A DNA stretch of 64,000 nucleotides, taken from the NCBI GenBank assembly GCA_964393205.1, contig CAYMSV010000003.1, positions 34,608 through 98,607 of the forward strand, in the 5' to 3' direction. Shown here in pieces: positions 46,977 to 57,509 of this stretch. Source of the DNA: an uncultured Pseudomonadales bacterium. Lineage in GTDB: Bacteria > Patescibacteriota > Microgenomatia > UBA1400 > PJMF01. Within the stretch, counting starts at the first letter, position 1; each line of letters begins with the position of its first letter. Below the pieces are notes generated by a model that ran no database searches, was not told the origin of the DNA, and saw only the letters and a program-made list of their open reading frames with translations. The position numbers were made by a program, and so were the translations under genes.

Positions 46977-48602
46977 TTAAAGCAAGTCTGCATATACATA
47001 ATTAAGGGGTTGAGTTTGTTGTTCTTCATCAAGCTGAAACTTCCAAAGTGTAAATTCAGCTGAACTATAAATTACTTTTGGTTCCTCTGTTAAATATGAT
47101 CTTACTGACCGGAATCTTTCTAAACATTCTGTCTCAATTAATTCTGGATTTGATCTGTGGTCACATGCGAAGTAAATAAGAGAAATATTATTAGAATCCG
47201 TGTTAATGTCTGGAAAAAAATTAACTCCATGATCAGTGAGACTTACCAGTTTTCTATCTAAAAAAATTTCTAAATGATACCATAAACCACTGGTCCCCCA
47301 TAAATCATAAGGCATATTTTTTATTGTTGTTAATAAAGCTAGAGAAAATTGCTTAGAATTTTCTGATTGATTAAGTTTTAAGTCGTCAAAAATTGTTTTA
47401 GCCATCAAATATTTCTGATTATGATATGAGATTTTTGGAGTATTATCTGTTTTATAAAATTTTATTGAGGAATAAAAAATTAAGCATATTGTTGTAGTAA
47501 TTAACAGGCCAGGAAAGAAGTTTATTTCTATGAGAATGCGTAAAGCTATCGCTATAGAAATTATGAAAAATGGTAAAACAGCAGCAATATAGGTGTGAGT
47601 AATAAAACCTCTAGATAAAAAAATAAATGATAATGAAAATGACATTGAAAGAGGAATTGCAACAAGTATAAAATTTATCTTATTACGATAATTTACAATC
47701 AGCCAATAAATTACAATACCAATAAAGAAAAGTGTTAGAACGCTTGATTGAATTAGGCTTGAATTAAACCACCATAAACTTTCACTTAGAACTATTGAAA
47801 TTTCTCTAGAAAGATTGCTAAGAGGCTGAATTTTTTCTGAGAAATTAAAGCTTAAAAAATATATTTGATCTAGAGGAAAATTTCTATAAGTTAAAAAAAC
47901 CCAAGAACCGATAATTAAAAAAATTAAAATTATGGGAACATAAATGTTAGCCCATTTTGATTCGTTGTCTATTAGTAAGAACCAAGAATAGATAATCCAA
48001 AAAATTCCTATTGGCAGAATAAGAAATATTCCATAATGAAAATGCAAGCCAAAAAGTAAAAAAAATATTGATAAACAAAATGATAAAAGTTTTTTGTTTT
48101 TATAAAAATTGCTTAAAGATAATAAAAACAATACAGAGAGAAGTGGTAGTAAAAATGGTTGTAATAGCTCTTGACTCTGGTTGATTAGTGTTGGATGAAG
48201 GGCGAATAAAGCAGCAATAATTAATCCAAGTTTTTTGTCCCAGATTGTTTTTCCCAACAAATAAGCAAGTGGGATTATAGAGCTTAAAAGAAAAGACCAT
48301 ACAATCATGAAATTTATTGGGTTTTTTGTAAAAAACCAAATGATAGAAAGAAAATAGTAGTAAATTGGGGAGTTTTGTAACCAATTGAAGCCACCAGCGG
48401 CTAGAGGACCTTTGAAAATTGTTTCAGCATGTGCGACTATGTGCTTAGCTACCAACATGTCTCTGCTCTCATCAAAACCTCTTTGTGCCCAAATCCATCT
48501 ATCAAGGTCATGTAGTCGTAAATATATGCCTAAAACTACAATCAATAAAAACATTAAATTATAATTGTTTTTTTTGAAAAAGTTGAAAACTTTAGTAACC
48601 AC
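46977..48602 (-). CDS. GT-C membrane glycosyltransferase (ArnT/PMT-like), paralog of 45306-46958
   Basis: GFDESRDMLVAKHIVAHAET...GGFNWLQNSPIYYY, same motif set as convergent neighbour. Confidence 0.6.
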   Translation of the reverse strand: MVTKVFNFFKKNNYNLMFLLIVVLGIYLRLHDLDRWIWAQRGFDESRDMLVAKHIVAHAETIFKGPLAAGGFNWLQNSPIYYYFLSIIWFFTKNPINFMIVWSFLLSSIIPLAYLLGKTIWDKKLGLIIAALFALHPTLINQSQELLQPFLLPLLSVLFLLSLSNFYKNKKLLSFCLSIFFLLFGLHFHYGIFLILPIGIFWIIYSWFLLIDNESKWANIYVPIILIFLIIGSWVFLTYRNFPLDQIYFLSFNFSEKIQPLSNLSREISIVLSESLWWFNSSLIQSSVLTLFFIGIVIYWLIVNYRNKINFILVAIPLSMSFSLSFIFLSRGFITHTYIAAVLPFFIISIAIALRILIEINFFPGLLITTTICLIFYSSIKFYKTDNTPKISYHNQKYLMAKTIFDDLKLNQSENSKQFSLALLTTIKNMPYDLWGTSGLWYHLEIFLDRKLVSLTDHGVNFFPDINTDSNNISLIYFACDHRSNPELIETECLERFRSVRSYLTEEPKVIYSSAEFTLWKFQLDEEQQTQPLNYVYADLL

Positions 48603-48686
48603 CTGCTAATTTAAACACATCTGATGCTTGAGTTTCAAGTGTTAGAGTTTCTTATTAAATTGACTTGTATAAAGAATAGGCAAAAA

Positions 48687-49649
48687 CTAATTTTTTTGGG
48701 CCTTAATTTTAGCTTTTATACCCTCATATAAAGCCTCAGTCATTCTATCTAAATCAAATTTTTCCTGCCATCCCCAATCTCTGCGTGCAACATCATCATC
48801 AATAGTTTTTGGCCAACTATCAGCAATGGCTTGAGTGTGGTTGGGTTGATATTCAACTGCAAAATCTGGCTGAATTTTTTTAATAGCAGCCACCAGTTCT
48901 GCCGGAGTAAAACTAATGGCAGTAAAATTATAACTGGTACGAACTGTTAAGTTTTTAGCCGGAGCTTCCATTAATTGAATGGTGCCATTGATGGCATCAT
49001 CCATATACATCATTGGTAGGCGAGTGTCTGGTTTGAGTGGACAAACATAGTGACCATCTCTAATAGCTGCATAAAAAATATGAATGGCATATTCAGTGGT
49101 ACCATCACCCGGATCAGCTTTATAGCCGTTTAAACCAGGATAACGGAGACTACGAAAATCAACTCCATATTTAAGATGATAATATTGGCCCAGTAGCTCT
49201 CCAGCCACCTTATTAACGCCATACATAGTAGTTGGTTCAAGCACAGTGTGTTGGGGGGTGTTTTGAGTGGGTGTGGTCGGTCCGAAGGCTGCGATAGAGG
49301 ACGGCCAAAAGACTTTTATCTTATATTTTACTGCCAGATCCAAAACATTTTTTAAGCCACCCATATTGATGTCCCAAGCCAGTTGAGGGTTCTTCTCTCC
49401 ACCGACTGATAAAATGCCTGCTAAATGGTAGATTTCAGTAATATGGTATTGTTTAATCAATTCCTCTAAACGACTGAAATCTGTAACATCACCTTTTTCT
49501 AAGATGCCAATAAAATTGTCGGACATGGTCTTTCTGGCAAGCGCAACAACTTTGTTTTGACCATATTTTTTTTGCAAAGCTGGAACTAGTTCCGAGCCCA
49601 CTAAACCAAAGGCTCCAGTTACCAAAATATTATTTTTTGTCATATACAC
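48687..49649 (-). CDS. NAD-dependent epimerase/dehydratase family protein (L-threonine dehydrogenase / GalE-like)
   Basis: Rossmann ILVTGAFGLVGSEL, catalytic YxxxK (MYGVNKVAGE). Confidence 0.75.
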   Translation of the reverse strand: MYMTKNNILVTGAFGLVGSELVPALQKKYGQNKVVALARKTMSDNFIGILEKGDVTDFSRLEELIKQYHITEIYHLAGILSVGGEKNPQLAWDINMGGLKNVLDLAVKYKIKVFWPSSIAAFGPTTPTQNTPQHTVLEPTTMYGVNKVAGELLGQYYHLKYGVDFRSLRYPGLNGYKADPGDGTTEYAIHIFYAAIRDGHYVCPLKPDTRLPMMYMDDAINGTIQLMEAPAKNLTVRTSYNFTAISFTPAELVAAIKKIQPDFAVEYQPNHTQAIADSWPKTIDDDVARRDWGWQEKFDLDRMTEALYEGIKAKIKAQKN

Positions 49650-49717
49650 TTAAAGATAGGGGAGAAAGTAGTTTTGGTCAAGAATTAAAGTTAAAATAAT
49701 TTAAAAATTTTTAAAAT

Positions 49718-50236
49718 TTGTCACGCTATTCATTAATTTTTTTAGCTGTGTTACAATTTTGCTCTATGTCTCAAAAGGGATTTTCAAAGTTTTTGTCAAT
49801 TTTAATGGGTTTGTTGATGGGTTTAGTTGCTTTGTTTTTTATAATTGCTTTTTTATTTCCTAATTTAAATCTACCCAGTCTCAGAGATCTGTTGGAAACT
49901 GAAAACAGACAACAAATTCGTTTGGAAGAGAGCGAAGAAAAGATTAGAAATGATTTAGAAGTTGTTGAAGTAGTGAGTGAAGAATTGCAGCTAATTAGTT
50001 TAACTTCACCTGAAGATGATACTAACGCTTGGGATTTGCTCTTGGCGAGCCATGAGGTGCTTTATCAAGAGTATGATTTTGGTGTTTTTATTGAAGAAAT
50101 AAATGGTTTAAGGGGGGATCAAGATAATTTTTGGGCAATTTATGTGAATGATGAGAGTTCTTTGGTTGGCATACAAGATATTATGCTGAATGAAGGCGAT
50201 ATAATTGAATTAAGATATGAAGCAATTAAAAAATAA
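49718..50236 (+). CDS. Hypothetical exported/membrane-anchored protein
   Basis: N-terminal hydrophobic segment; ORF only. Confidence 0.3.
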   Translation: MSRYSLIFLAVLQFCSMSQKGFSKFLSILMGLLMGLVALFFIIAFLFPNLNLPSLRDLLETENRQQIRLEESEEKIRNDLEVVEVVSEELQLISLTSPEDDTNAWDLLLASHEVLYQEYDFGVFIEEINGLRGDQDNFWAIYVNDESSLVGIQDIMLNEGDIIELRYEAIKK

Positions 50237-50696
50237 CTTAGTAAGTGCATTGGGTGTTTTAGCTATAAGAATAGTTAAAATTTTACCAGCTAATTTTACT
50301 CCTTTGGGTAGTTTTGGATTTTTTTCTAGTCAGCCAATTTTTTATTTTATTTCAATTATCCTTTTTGATTATTTTTATGGTGGTTTGTATAGCGGTCAAA
50401 TTTGGGTGTATTTAGCTTTTACTATTTATCCAATTCTGGGATATTTGAGCCGTGGACAAATTAAAAAACAATTGTTTTTTATTCCTCTAGCTTCTTTTTT
50501 ATTTTTTTTAATATCTAATTTTGGGGTGTGGTTGAATTGGTATCCTAAAAATTTAGAGGCGCTGTTTCAGTGTTATTTATTAGCTCTGCCTTTTTATGGA
50601 CGAACTCTGATGGGAGATTTAGTTTTTGCTTATGGGTATCTCTTATTCAAGCAACTCAAACAAGAAAAATCAGTATTAGTTGAATATTCTAGTTAA
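50217..50696 (+). CDS. Hypothetical polytopic membrane protein
   Basis: 4-5 TM helices; ORF only. Confidence 0.3.
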   Translation: MKQLKNNLVSALGVLAIRIVKILPANFTPLGSFGFFSSQPIFYFISIILFDYFYGGLYSGQIWVYLAFTIYPILGYLSRGQIKKQLFFIPLASFLFFLISNFGVWLNWYPKNLEALFQCYLLALPFYGRTLMGDLVFAYGYLLFKQLKQEKSVLVEYSS

Positions 50697-50698
50697 AC

Positions 50699-51046
50699 TT
50701 ATTTCTTTTTGTCTAGTTTTTCTAAACGTAGACCCTTAACCCCAAAATAAACGACAAAAGCCACAATTGTAAAGTTTATTAAAGTAGCAACAAAATTTCC
50801 CCAAGCTACTTGGGCCGAACCAATTTGCCAAACAGCATTAGAGAAGTCAACAGTACCCAAAACAAGACCTAAAAGAGGATTAATCAAATCATTAACTATT
50901 GAATCAACTACTGTTCGAATTGAGCCTCCTAAAATAAAACCAACTGCTAGACCCACCACTCCTTGTTCACGAATAAATTCTAAAAAACCAAGCGCTGGCT
51001 GTTTAATGTTTTTTTTAATAGTTGCTTTTTCGTCTTTTTTGTTCAT
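50699..51046 (-). CDS. mscL: Large-conductance mechanosensitive channel
   Basis: FIREQGVVGLAVGFILGGSIRTVVDSIVNDLINP. Confidence 0.85.
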   Translation of the reverse strand: MNKKDEKATIKKNIKQPALGFLEFIREQGVVGLAVGFILGGSIRTVVDSIVNDLINPLLGLVLGTVDFSNAVWQIGSAQVAWGNFVATLINFTIVAFVVYFGVKGLRLEKLDKKK

Positions 51047-51063
51047 ATTAATTAATTATAACA

Positions 51064-52077
51064 TTGATATATAATCGAAAGTTAATGCTTACAGAAAAAA
51101 ATAAAAAAAATTCTTCTATCAAAAAAATTGCCATTTTATATTCTGATGCTCAACGCAAATATTTTCCAACTGAAGAGCTGTATATTACTGAAGCTGAGGT
51201 AAAGGGTCGAGCTAAATTAATTGCTGAAATTTTACGGGATAAAGAGTATCAGGTAGAGATTTTTCCAGGAGATGCTAGATTAAATGAAACTCTAGTCGAT
51301 TTTAAACCCGACAAAGTAATTAATTTAGTAGATTCTGTCTACGGCAAAGAATATTTGGCGGCTAGCATACCGGCAACGCTTGAATTGTTAAAAATTCCTT
51401 ATACCGGCAGTGGTATGTTAGCTAGTTCGATTAATGCCAATAAATATTTAACCAAATCATTGCTCGAGCAGTATGGAATAACCACTCCTAAATATCAATT
51501 AATAAAGCATGCAGGCGATGAGATTGATGAAGAATTGGATTTTCCGATTTTTGTTAAGCTTAATGAGAACCATGGTTCTCTGGAGGTGTCTGAGACTTCG
51601 GTTTGTTTTGATGACAAAATGGCTAAAGTGCAAATTGATTTTTTATATAAAAATTACAAGCAAGCAATTTTACTTGAAGAGTTTATTGCCGGTCGTGAAA
51701 TTACGGTGGTAGTGGTTGAAGGCGGAAATACTAAAATTTATGCAGCCGAAAAAATCTTTCATCGCGCTGATAACAATCCTTTCAAAAAGATTGTTACTTT
51801 TGATGATAATTGGTTGAGTACCGAAAAAACCATTACTTACGAAAAATATGACTTGCCCGAAGCAGTTAAAGAAGATATAAAAATTGCTTTTAGCATTCTT
51901 AAAATTGAGGATTATGCTAAATTTGATTTTCGTTTAGATGAGGCAGGCCGCCATTATTTAATTGATGTAAACGTCAACCCTGCCCTTGGTCCGAGTGGAA
52001 CTTGTGCAATCGCTAGTATTTTGCAGCTTCACGGCTTAAGTTTTTATACTTTATTGGATAGGTTAATTAATAACTAG
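51064..52077 (+). CDS. ddl: D-alanine--D-alanine ligase family ATP-grasp enzyme
   Basis: EEFIAGREITV, DFRLDEAGRHYLIDVNVNPALG ATP-grasp C-terminal motifs. Confidence 0.65.
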   Translation: MIYNRKLMLTEKNKKNSSIKKIAILYSDAQRKYFPTEELYITEAEVKGRAKLIAEILRDKEYQVEIFPGDARLNETLVDFKPDKVINLVDSVYGKEYLAASIPATLELLKIPYTGSGMLASSINANKYLTKSLLEQYGITTPKYQLIKHAGDEIDEELDFPIFVKLNENHGSLEVSETSVCFDDKMAKVQIDFLYKNYKQAILLEEFIAGREITVVVVEGGNTKIYAAEKIFHRADNNPFKKIVTFDDNWLSTEKTITYEKYDLPEAVKEDIKIAFSILKIEDYAKFDFRLDEAGRHYLIDVNVNPALGPSGTCAIASILQLHGLSFYTLLDRLINN

Positions 52078-52080
52078 CTT

Positions 52081-52815
52081 GTGTCAAAAATAACTTCTTA
52101 TCATATTAAAAAAGTGGATGATTATTGTTTACGAGATAATCGTTGGTTGGAATTGGATTGGCGACTAAAGAGTTTAGAAGAACTCGAACGGGAACTAGAT
52201 AAAGCAATAGCGTTTGCTAAAAAAAAAGCTTTAGCAAAAATTGAAATTATATTGCCGGCTGAAGCTAAAAAATTTAGTAGATTTTTGCTTAATAAAAATT
52301 TTAAACCAGCCTTAACAGAGCTGAAGTTTAATTTAGAAGACCTAAGCACCTTATCTTTGGTGATGACTGATTTTACTTTTGTCACAGAGATTAATAATAA
52401 AAAACCAGTCAAAGAATTATTGCTTGAACAAGCCAATTTTCATTATCAAAGTTTGCCTGATTATTATCGTTCTCCTCAAGAAATTAATTGGTTTTTTTAC
52501 TTAAAACAAGTTTACAGGGACGCGCAAAAAGATAATGGTTTAATTTTTTTGGCAAAAGAGCGAGAACAAGCAATAGCTTTAGTATTAGGGGAATATTTAG
52601 CAAAAACTGCTTTTATTTGGGAAATAATTGTTAGTCAAGAAAAGCGTGATTTTCATCTAGGAACTTTACTGCTCAATCAATATTTACAAAAATTAAAGAC
52701 TTTGGGAGTAACTAGAGTTTATCTAGAAACTATTAGCCAGTCTTATGCTAAAAACTGGTATGAACATCAGGGTTTTACAGCTATTAGCCAATCTTGGTTT
52801 TGTCGGTTAAAATAA
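52081..52815 (+). CDS. GNAT-family acetyltransferase-like protein
   Basis: C-terminal GNAT-like fold motifs; GTG start. Confidence 0.4.
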   Translation: MSKITSYHIKKVDDYCLRDNRWLELDWRLKSLEELERELDKAIAFAKKKALAKIEIILPAEAKKFSRFLLNKNFKPALTELKFNLEDLSTLSLVMTDFTFVTEINNKKPVKELLLEQANFHYQSLPDYYRSPQEINWFFYLKQVYRDAQKDNGLIFLAKEREQAIALVLGEYLAKTAFIWEIIVSQEKRDFHLGTLLLNQYLQKLKTLGVTRVYLETISQSYAKNWYEHQGFTAISQSWFCRLK

Positions 52816-53855
52816 GCTATCTGCAAAAAAAATTATATTTATTTTTATTAGTTTTTTTATCCTTTTTTACTTTGCTGTATTTGTTAATCTTTATTAGTTT
52901 AAAAGTTTTTTTTCATTCATCGCAAAAGCAGTTTAAAAAATCTACTAATTCTTCTTTGATTGCCGAACCAGAACCGATTCCAAGCTCTGCGCCTTTAAGT
53001 TTTTCTATGATTGTTGGTGGAGATTTAATGTTTGATCGTCATATTCGCACTAAAGCTGAAACGAGGGGCAGTTATGATTTTATTTTTGATGAAGATCTAA
53101 GCAATTTTTTAAATAGTGCCGACTATGCCTTGGCTAATTTAGAGGGGCCTATTACTCAAGAAAAATCAGTTAGTCAATATAGTTTGCCGGGTGGTCCTGG
53201 CAATTATACTTTCACTTTTTCACCAGAAATTATTCCAGTTTTACAACAAAATAATTTGCGTATTCTAAATTTGGGCAATAATCATATTTTAAATTTTGGT
53301 CGCAATGGTTTAAATAGTACTCAAGAGTATTTGGAACAAGCTAATCTAGTTTATTTTGGCGATGTGGGTGTTGGTGAAGATTGGCAGCGCTATTCTTTTT
53401 TAGAATATTTTGGACAGAAGATTGCCTTAATTAGTTACAACCAATTTGTTACTGAAGCAAAAAATAAAACTTTGCGTGATTTAATTGAGGTTCAAAATCA
53501 GGGAGCTGATCTAGTTTTACTTTTTGTTCATTGGGGAAACGAATATGTTCCAACAGCTAATCAGTCAATTGTTAATTTAGCTTATGAATTTATTGAAGCT
53601 GGAGCTGATTTAATTATTGGCGGCCATCCCCACGTGGTGCAAAACAAAGAGCTTTATCAAGGCAAGACCATTTATTATTCTTTAGGCAATTTTGTTTTTG
53701 ATCAATATTTTTCCATTGAAACTCAAGAAGGCTTGTTGTTAAAAATTGATTTTACTTTTGATCCAGATACGAATAACTGGACTTATCAAATTTTTGAACA
53801 AGCAATTCAGATGTCTAAAGATGGGGTAACCAGTCTTAATTCTATTGCAAATTGA
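52794..53855 (+). CDS. CapA/PgsA-family metallophosphatase (capsule biosynthesis-type)
   Basis: N-terminal TM; IVGGDLMFDRHIR, GNNHILNFG, VHWGNEY, GGHPHVVQ. Confidence 0.75.
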   Translation: MVLSVKISYLQKKLYLFLLVFLSFFTLLYLLIFISLKVFFHSSQKQFKKSTNSSLIAEPEPIPSSAPLSFSMIVGGDLMFDRHIRTKAETRGSYDFIFDEDLSNFLNSADYALANLEGPITQEKSVSQYSLPGGPGNYTFTFSPEIIPVLQQNNLRILNLGNNHILNFGRNGLNSTQEYLEQANLVYFGDVGVGEDWQRYSFLEYFGQKIALISYNQFVTEAKNKTLRDLIEVQNQGADLVLLFVHWGNEYVPTANQSIVNLAYEFIEAGADLIIGGHPHVVQNKELYQGKTIYYSLGNFVFDQYFSIETQEGLLLKIDFTFDPDTNNWTYQIFEQAIQMSKDGVTSLNSIAN

Positions 53856-53890
53856 CTTTTCTCAATAAAAAGTATATTTTACAGCTAAAG

Positions 53891-55690
53891 ATGTCCCAAA
53901 TTCAAGAGGTTAAAGACGCAAACAACATTGTTGAGATAATTGGTGAAAAAATTGATTTAAAAGTTTCTGGTAGCAGTTTTAAGGCTCCTTGTCCTTTTCA
54001 TAATGAAAAAACTCCCTCCTTTTTTGTTCATCCAGAAATGCAGCGCTATCGTTGTTTTGGTTGTGGAGCTACTGGTGATGTTTTAGACTTTTTACAAAGT
54101 TATGATGGCATGACTTTTTATGAGGCGTTGAAATTTTTAGCAGATCGCGCAGCCATCACTCTCAAGGATTTTAATCGTACCAGTGAAGATGAAGAGCGAG
54201 AGCAATTGTTAGCTATTTTGAATTTAGCTAAAGAATACTATCACTACTTATTGACCGAGCACGAAGCTGGTAAAACTGCACTAGCCTACTTGAAAGATAG
54301 AGGAACCAACAGTCAATCGATCAATTTGTTTCAGTTGGGTTATTCTATGAATAGTTGGGATGCACTCATTAAATACTTGCATTTGAAAAAGAAATATCCG
54401 CTAGATCTGATTGCTAAAACTGGCCTAATCATTAAGGGTAGAGGTAATCGTTATTATGATCGTTTTAGAGGGCGCCTAATGTTTCCTTTGAAAAATCACC
54501 GGGGACAAGTGGTGGGTTTTTCTGGAAGAGTTCTAGATCCAAAAATTAAAGAAGCTAAATATATTAATAGTCCAGAAACTAGTTTGTATCATAAATCAAA
54601 ACTACTTTATGGTTATAGCGAACTTTTTAGAGAAATTAGAAAAGATAATAGCCTCGTAATAGTCGAGGGGGAATTTGATGTAATTTCTTCAGCTCAGGCT
54701 CACGTCAACAATGTTGTGGCTGTAAAGGGGAGTGCTTTAACTAAGGAGCAAATAGAACTTATAGCCAGAGTAGCTCAAACCATTATTTTGGCTTTTGACC
54801 AGGATGAGGCTGGTATTAAGGCCACTAAAAGAGCCATCTCATTAATTAAAGATAAAGAAATAGATTTAAGAGTTATTGATGTTAAATCTCTCAATAAACT
54901 TGCTGGTTCGATTGATCTTAAAGATCCTGACGATTTTGCTCGTCATGAACCAAAATTATGGCGCCAAGCTATAGACCAAGCTGTGTCAGTTTATAGTTTT
55001 TTACTGGATATAGCCCTAGCCAAACATGATCCAAGCTCACCAGACGGTAAGCGCAAAATTATCAATGATTTGGCTTTAGTTATTAATTCTATTGATCACT
55101 CAGTTGAAAAAGAATTCTATTTGCAGAAATTAGCAGAAAAGTTAAATGTCAAAGTAGCATTGATTAAAGAAGATATTGATCGCTTTGGTCAGAAAAAAGA
55201 GCAAAAAAAAGTAGTTAAAGAACAGAAAACTAAAATCACTAAAACTCATCAAGAAAAAATGGAGGAATATTTAATATTTCTATTATTTCAATTAGATGTG
55301 AAAGATTTTGAGGAAGAAGTTAAGAAGATTTTGTCCTTAAACTTTCAAACTCCTGGTATTTCTAACATTTTGGAAATTTTGTCTAAAGATATGAGTAGTT
55401 TTAACTTGGAAAAGTTTACCAAAAAACTAGCGGAGGATTTAAAGGAAAAGTTAATGGAATTTTTATTAAATCCAGAATTTCAAAAAAATATTAAAACTGC
55501 TGATATAAAAAAAGAATGGACTTATGCTTTGTCTCAAGTTAAAAAAGATATTGTTCATGCGGAGATTGAGGAAATTAATGAAGAGATAGCTCAACTTGAT
55601 AAGAAAAATAAAAGAAGTGAGGCAGAAGAAAAACGCCTTGATGAGTTATTAAATAAAATTATTGAAAAACAGGGTCAAATCAAAAATTAA
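53891..55690 (+). CDS. dnaG: DNA primase
   Basis: CHC2 zinc finger CPFHNEKTPSFFV...CFGCGATGD, TOPRIM (IVEGEFDVISS, FDQDEAG); ATG 53891 preferred over track TTG 53852. Confidence 0.85.
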   Translation: MSQIQEVKDANNIVEIIGEKIDLKVSGSSFKAPCPFHNEKTPSFFVHPEMQRYRCFGCGATGDVLDFLQSYDGMTFYEALKFLADRAAITLKDFNRTSEDEEREQLLAILNLAKEYYHYLLTEHEAGKTALAYLKDRGTNSQSINLFQLGYSMNSWDALIKYLHLKKKYPLDLIAKTGLIIKGRGNRYYDRFRGRLMFPLKNHRGQVVGFSGRVLDPKIKEAKYINSPETSLYHKSKLLYGYSELFREIRKDNSLVIVEGEFDVISSAQAHVNNVVAVKGSALTKEQIELIARVAQTIILAFDQDEAGIKATKRAISLIKDKEIDLRVIDVKSLNKLAGSIDLKDPDDFARHEPKLWRQAIDQAVSVYSFLLDIALAKHDPSSPDGKRKIINDLALVINSIDHSVEKEFYLQKLAEKLNVKVALIKEDIDRFGQKKEQKKVVKEQKTKITKTHQEKMEEYLIFLLFQLDVKDFEEEVKKILSLNFQTPGISNILEILSKDMSSFNLEKFTKKLAEDLKEKLMEFLLNPEFQKNIKTADIKKEWTYALSQVKKDIVHAEIEEINEEIAQLDKKNKRSEAEEKRLDELLNKIIEKQGQIKN

Positions 55691-55743
55691 TTTCATTTAA
55701 AATTGACTCTTGTTAACATACCCCCACAGGGTATAATGAAATC

Positions 55744-56010
55744 ATGTCCCTGAAAAAAAATAAACTAAGTTTATCTGGAAGTGATAAAACGCTTATTCAA
55801 TTAAAAAGAATTCGTGGGCAAATTGATGGCTTGATTAGAATATATCAAGAGGAACGTCCCTGTATAGAAATTGCCCAGCAAATTACTGCTGCTCGTAATT
55901 CACTTTCTAGAGTAGCTAGAGATATTTTGGGTTCAGCAGCTAGTCGTTGCACTAGAAACAAAGACAGTCAACAATTAGATGCTATTCTTAAGGAATTATT
56001 AAAGTATTAA
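55744..56010 (+). CDS. CsoR/RcnR-family metal-sensing transcriptional repressor
   Basis: LKRIRGQIDGLIRIYQEERPCIEI...SRCT four-helix DUF156 pattern. Confidence 0.65.
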   Translation: MSLKKNKLSLSGSDKTLIQLKRIRGQIDGLIRIYQEERPCIEIAQQITAARNSLSRVARDILGSAASRCTRNKDSQQLDAILKELLKY

Positions 56011-56029
56011 GTTAAAAAGAAAGGCTGTT

Positions 56030-56368
56030 ATGTCAGCACAACATTTAGATAACACAAGTTTTCAAAGTGCTCTTGATAAGGCAGAAACTCCTGTTTTTGT
56101 GGATTTTTTTGCTGAGTGGTGTGGACCTTGTCAAATGGCTGCACCAGTTATTGATAAATTAGCAGAGGAATATAAGGATAAGGTTTTGATTGCTAAATTA
56201 GATATTGATGAGGCTCGTGATATAGCTATGCAGTTTAATGTAATGAGCGTACCAACAGTTATCATTTTCAAAAAAGATGATGGTGGCCAAATGGTAGAAT
56301 TTGATCGTAAAATTGGTTTTCCTGGTGAGGATGCTTATAAGAAAATTATCGAAGAAGCTCTAGCTTAA
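56030..56368 (+). CDS. trxA: Thioredoxin
   Basis: WCGPC active site. Confidence 0.9.
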   Translation: MSAQHLDNTSFQSALDKAETPVFVDFFAEWCGPCQMAAPVIDKLAEEYKDKVLIAKLDIDEARDIAMQFNVMSVPTVIIFKKDDGGQMVEFDRKIGFPGEDAYKKIIEEALA

Positions 56369-56408
56369 AAACGTGATACTAAATTAATTATTAATAGATA
56401 GACTATTT

Positions 56409-57494
56409 ATGAAAAATTTAAAAATTGCTGTTATTGGTTCTGGTCCCGCTGGTTTAACAGCTGGTATTTATTTGGGTAGAGCACTATTAAAACCAGTTTT
56501 GTTTAGTGGTTTTAACATGGGCGGTCAATTAATGTTTACTAGAGATGTTGAGAATTTTCCTGGTTTCCCCGATGGGATGAGGGGTCCAGAGTTTATGATC
56601 AATTTACAAAAACAGGCGGCAAAGTTTGACACAGAACTTCTTCACCAACAGGTTACAGCAGTAGATTTAAGTAAAAAACCCTTTCGAATTTGGACTACTT
56701 TGCCCAAAAATATGGAGTTGGAAAGTTTTCAAAAATTGAGGGGTCAGGAATTATTTGAAGCTACTCAAAAGATCAAAAAAGAAAGTGAAGCAAATTATAG
56801 TACTCAAGTTTTATTAATAGCAACTGGAGCCAACCACATGATGTTGGGTGTTCCTGGTGAAAAGAAATACTTGGGCAAAGGAGTGGGATTTTGTGCGGTT
56901 TGTGATGGGGCTTTTTATCGGGATAAAAAAGTTTTTGTAATTGGTGGAGGTGATACAGCACTGGGAGATGCTTTAGCTTTAACTAGATTTACTAAAGAAG
57001 TAACTATTGTTCATCGTCGAAATCAGTTTCGAGCTAGTAAGATTCTTCAAAAACAAGTTATAAACAATCCACAAATAAAAATTTTATGGAATACTCAGGT
57101 TAAAGAAATAATGGGTGATGAACAAAAAGTGACTGGCTTGAAAATTTTAGAAACAACTAAAGAGAGAACTCTTCTTGCTGATGGTGTTTTTGTAGCTATT
57201 GGTTATCAACCAAATACTGGCTTGTTTATTGATCAATTAAAAATGAATGATCGATCTTATTTATTGACTTGTCAATACGGTTGTGAGGAAAGCATAAAGT
57301 TAGAGGGTAAATGTCCAGAAGACAAAAAGCAACTTGCTTTTCCCACGATGACTTCAATCGAAGGAGTTTTTGCCGCTGGCGATGTTACTGATTTTCGTTA
57401 TCGTCAAGCAGTAGTAGCAGCTGGTTCAGGAGCCATGGCAGCTATGGACATTGAACGTTGGTTAGAAAGTAAACAACACTCAAGAAACGATTAA
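56409..57494 (+). CDS. trxB: Thioredoxin-disulfide reductase
   Basis: FAD GxGxxG (VIGSGPAG), redox CAVCD, NAD(P) GGGDTA. Confidence 0.85.
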   Translation: MKNLKIAVIGSGPAGLTAGIYLGRALLKPVLFSGFNMGGQLMFTRDVENFPGFPDGMRGPEFMINLQKQAAKFDTELLHQQVTAVDLSKKPFRIWTTLPKNMELESFQKLRGQELFEATQKIKKESEANYSTQVLLIATGANHMMLGVPGEKKYLGKGVGFCAVCDGAFYRDKKVFVIGGGDTALGDALALTRFTKEVTIVHRRNQFRASKILQKQVINNPQIKILWNTQVKEIMGDEQKVTGLKILETTKERTLLADGVFVAIGYQPNTGLFIDQLKMNDRSYLLTCQYGCEESIKLEGKCPEDKKQLAFPTMTSIEGVFAAGDVTDFRYRQAVVAAGSGAMAAMDIERWLESKQHSRND

Positions 57495-57509
57495 ATAGTT
57501 TTATTAGTA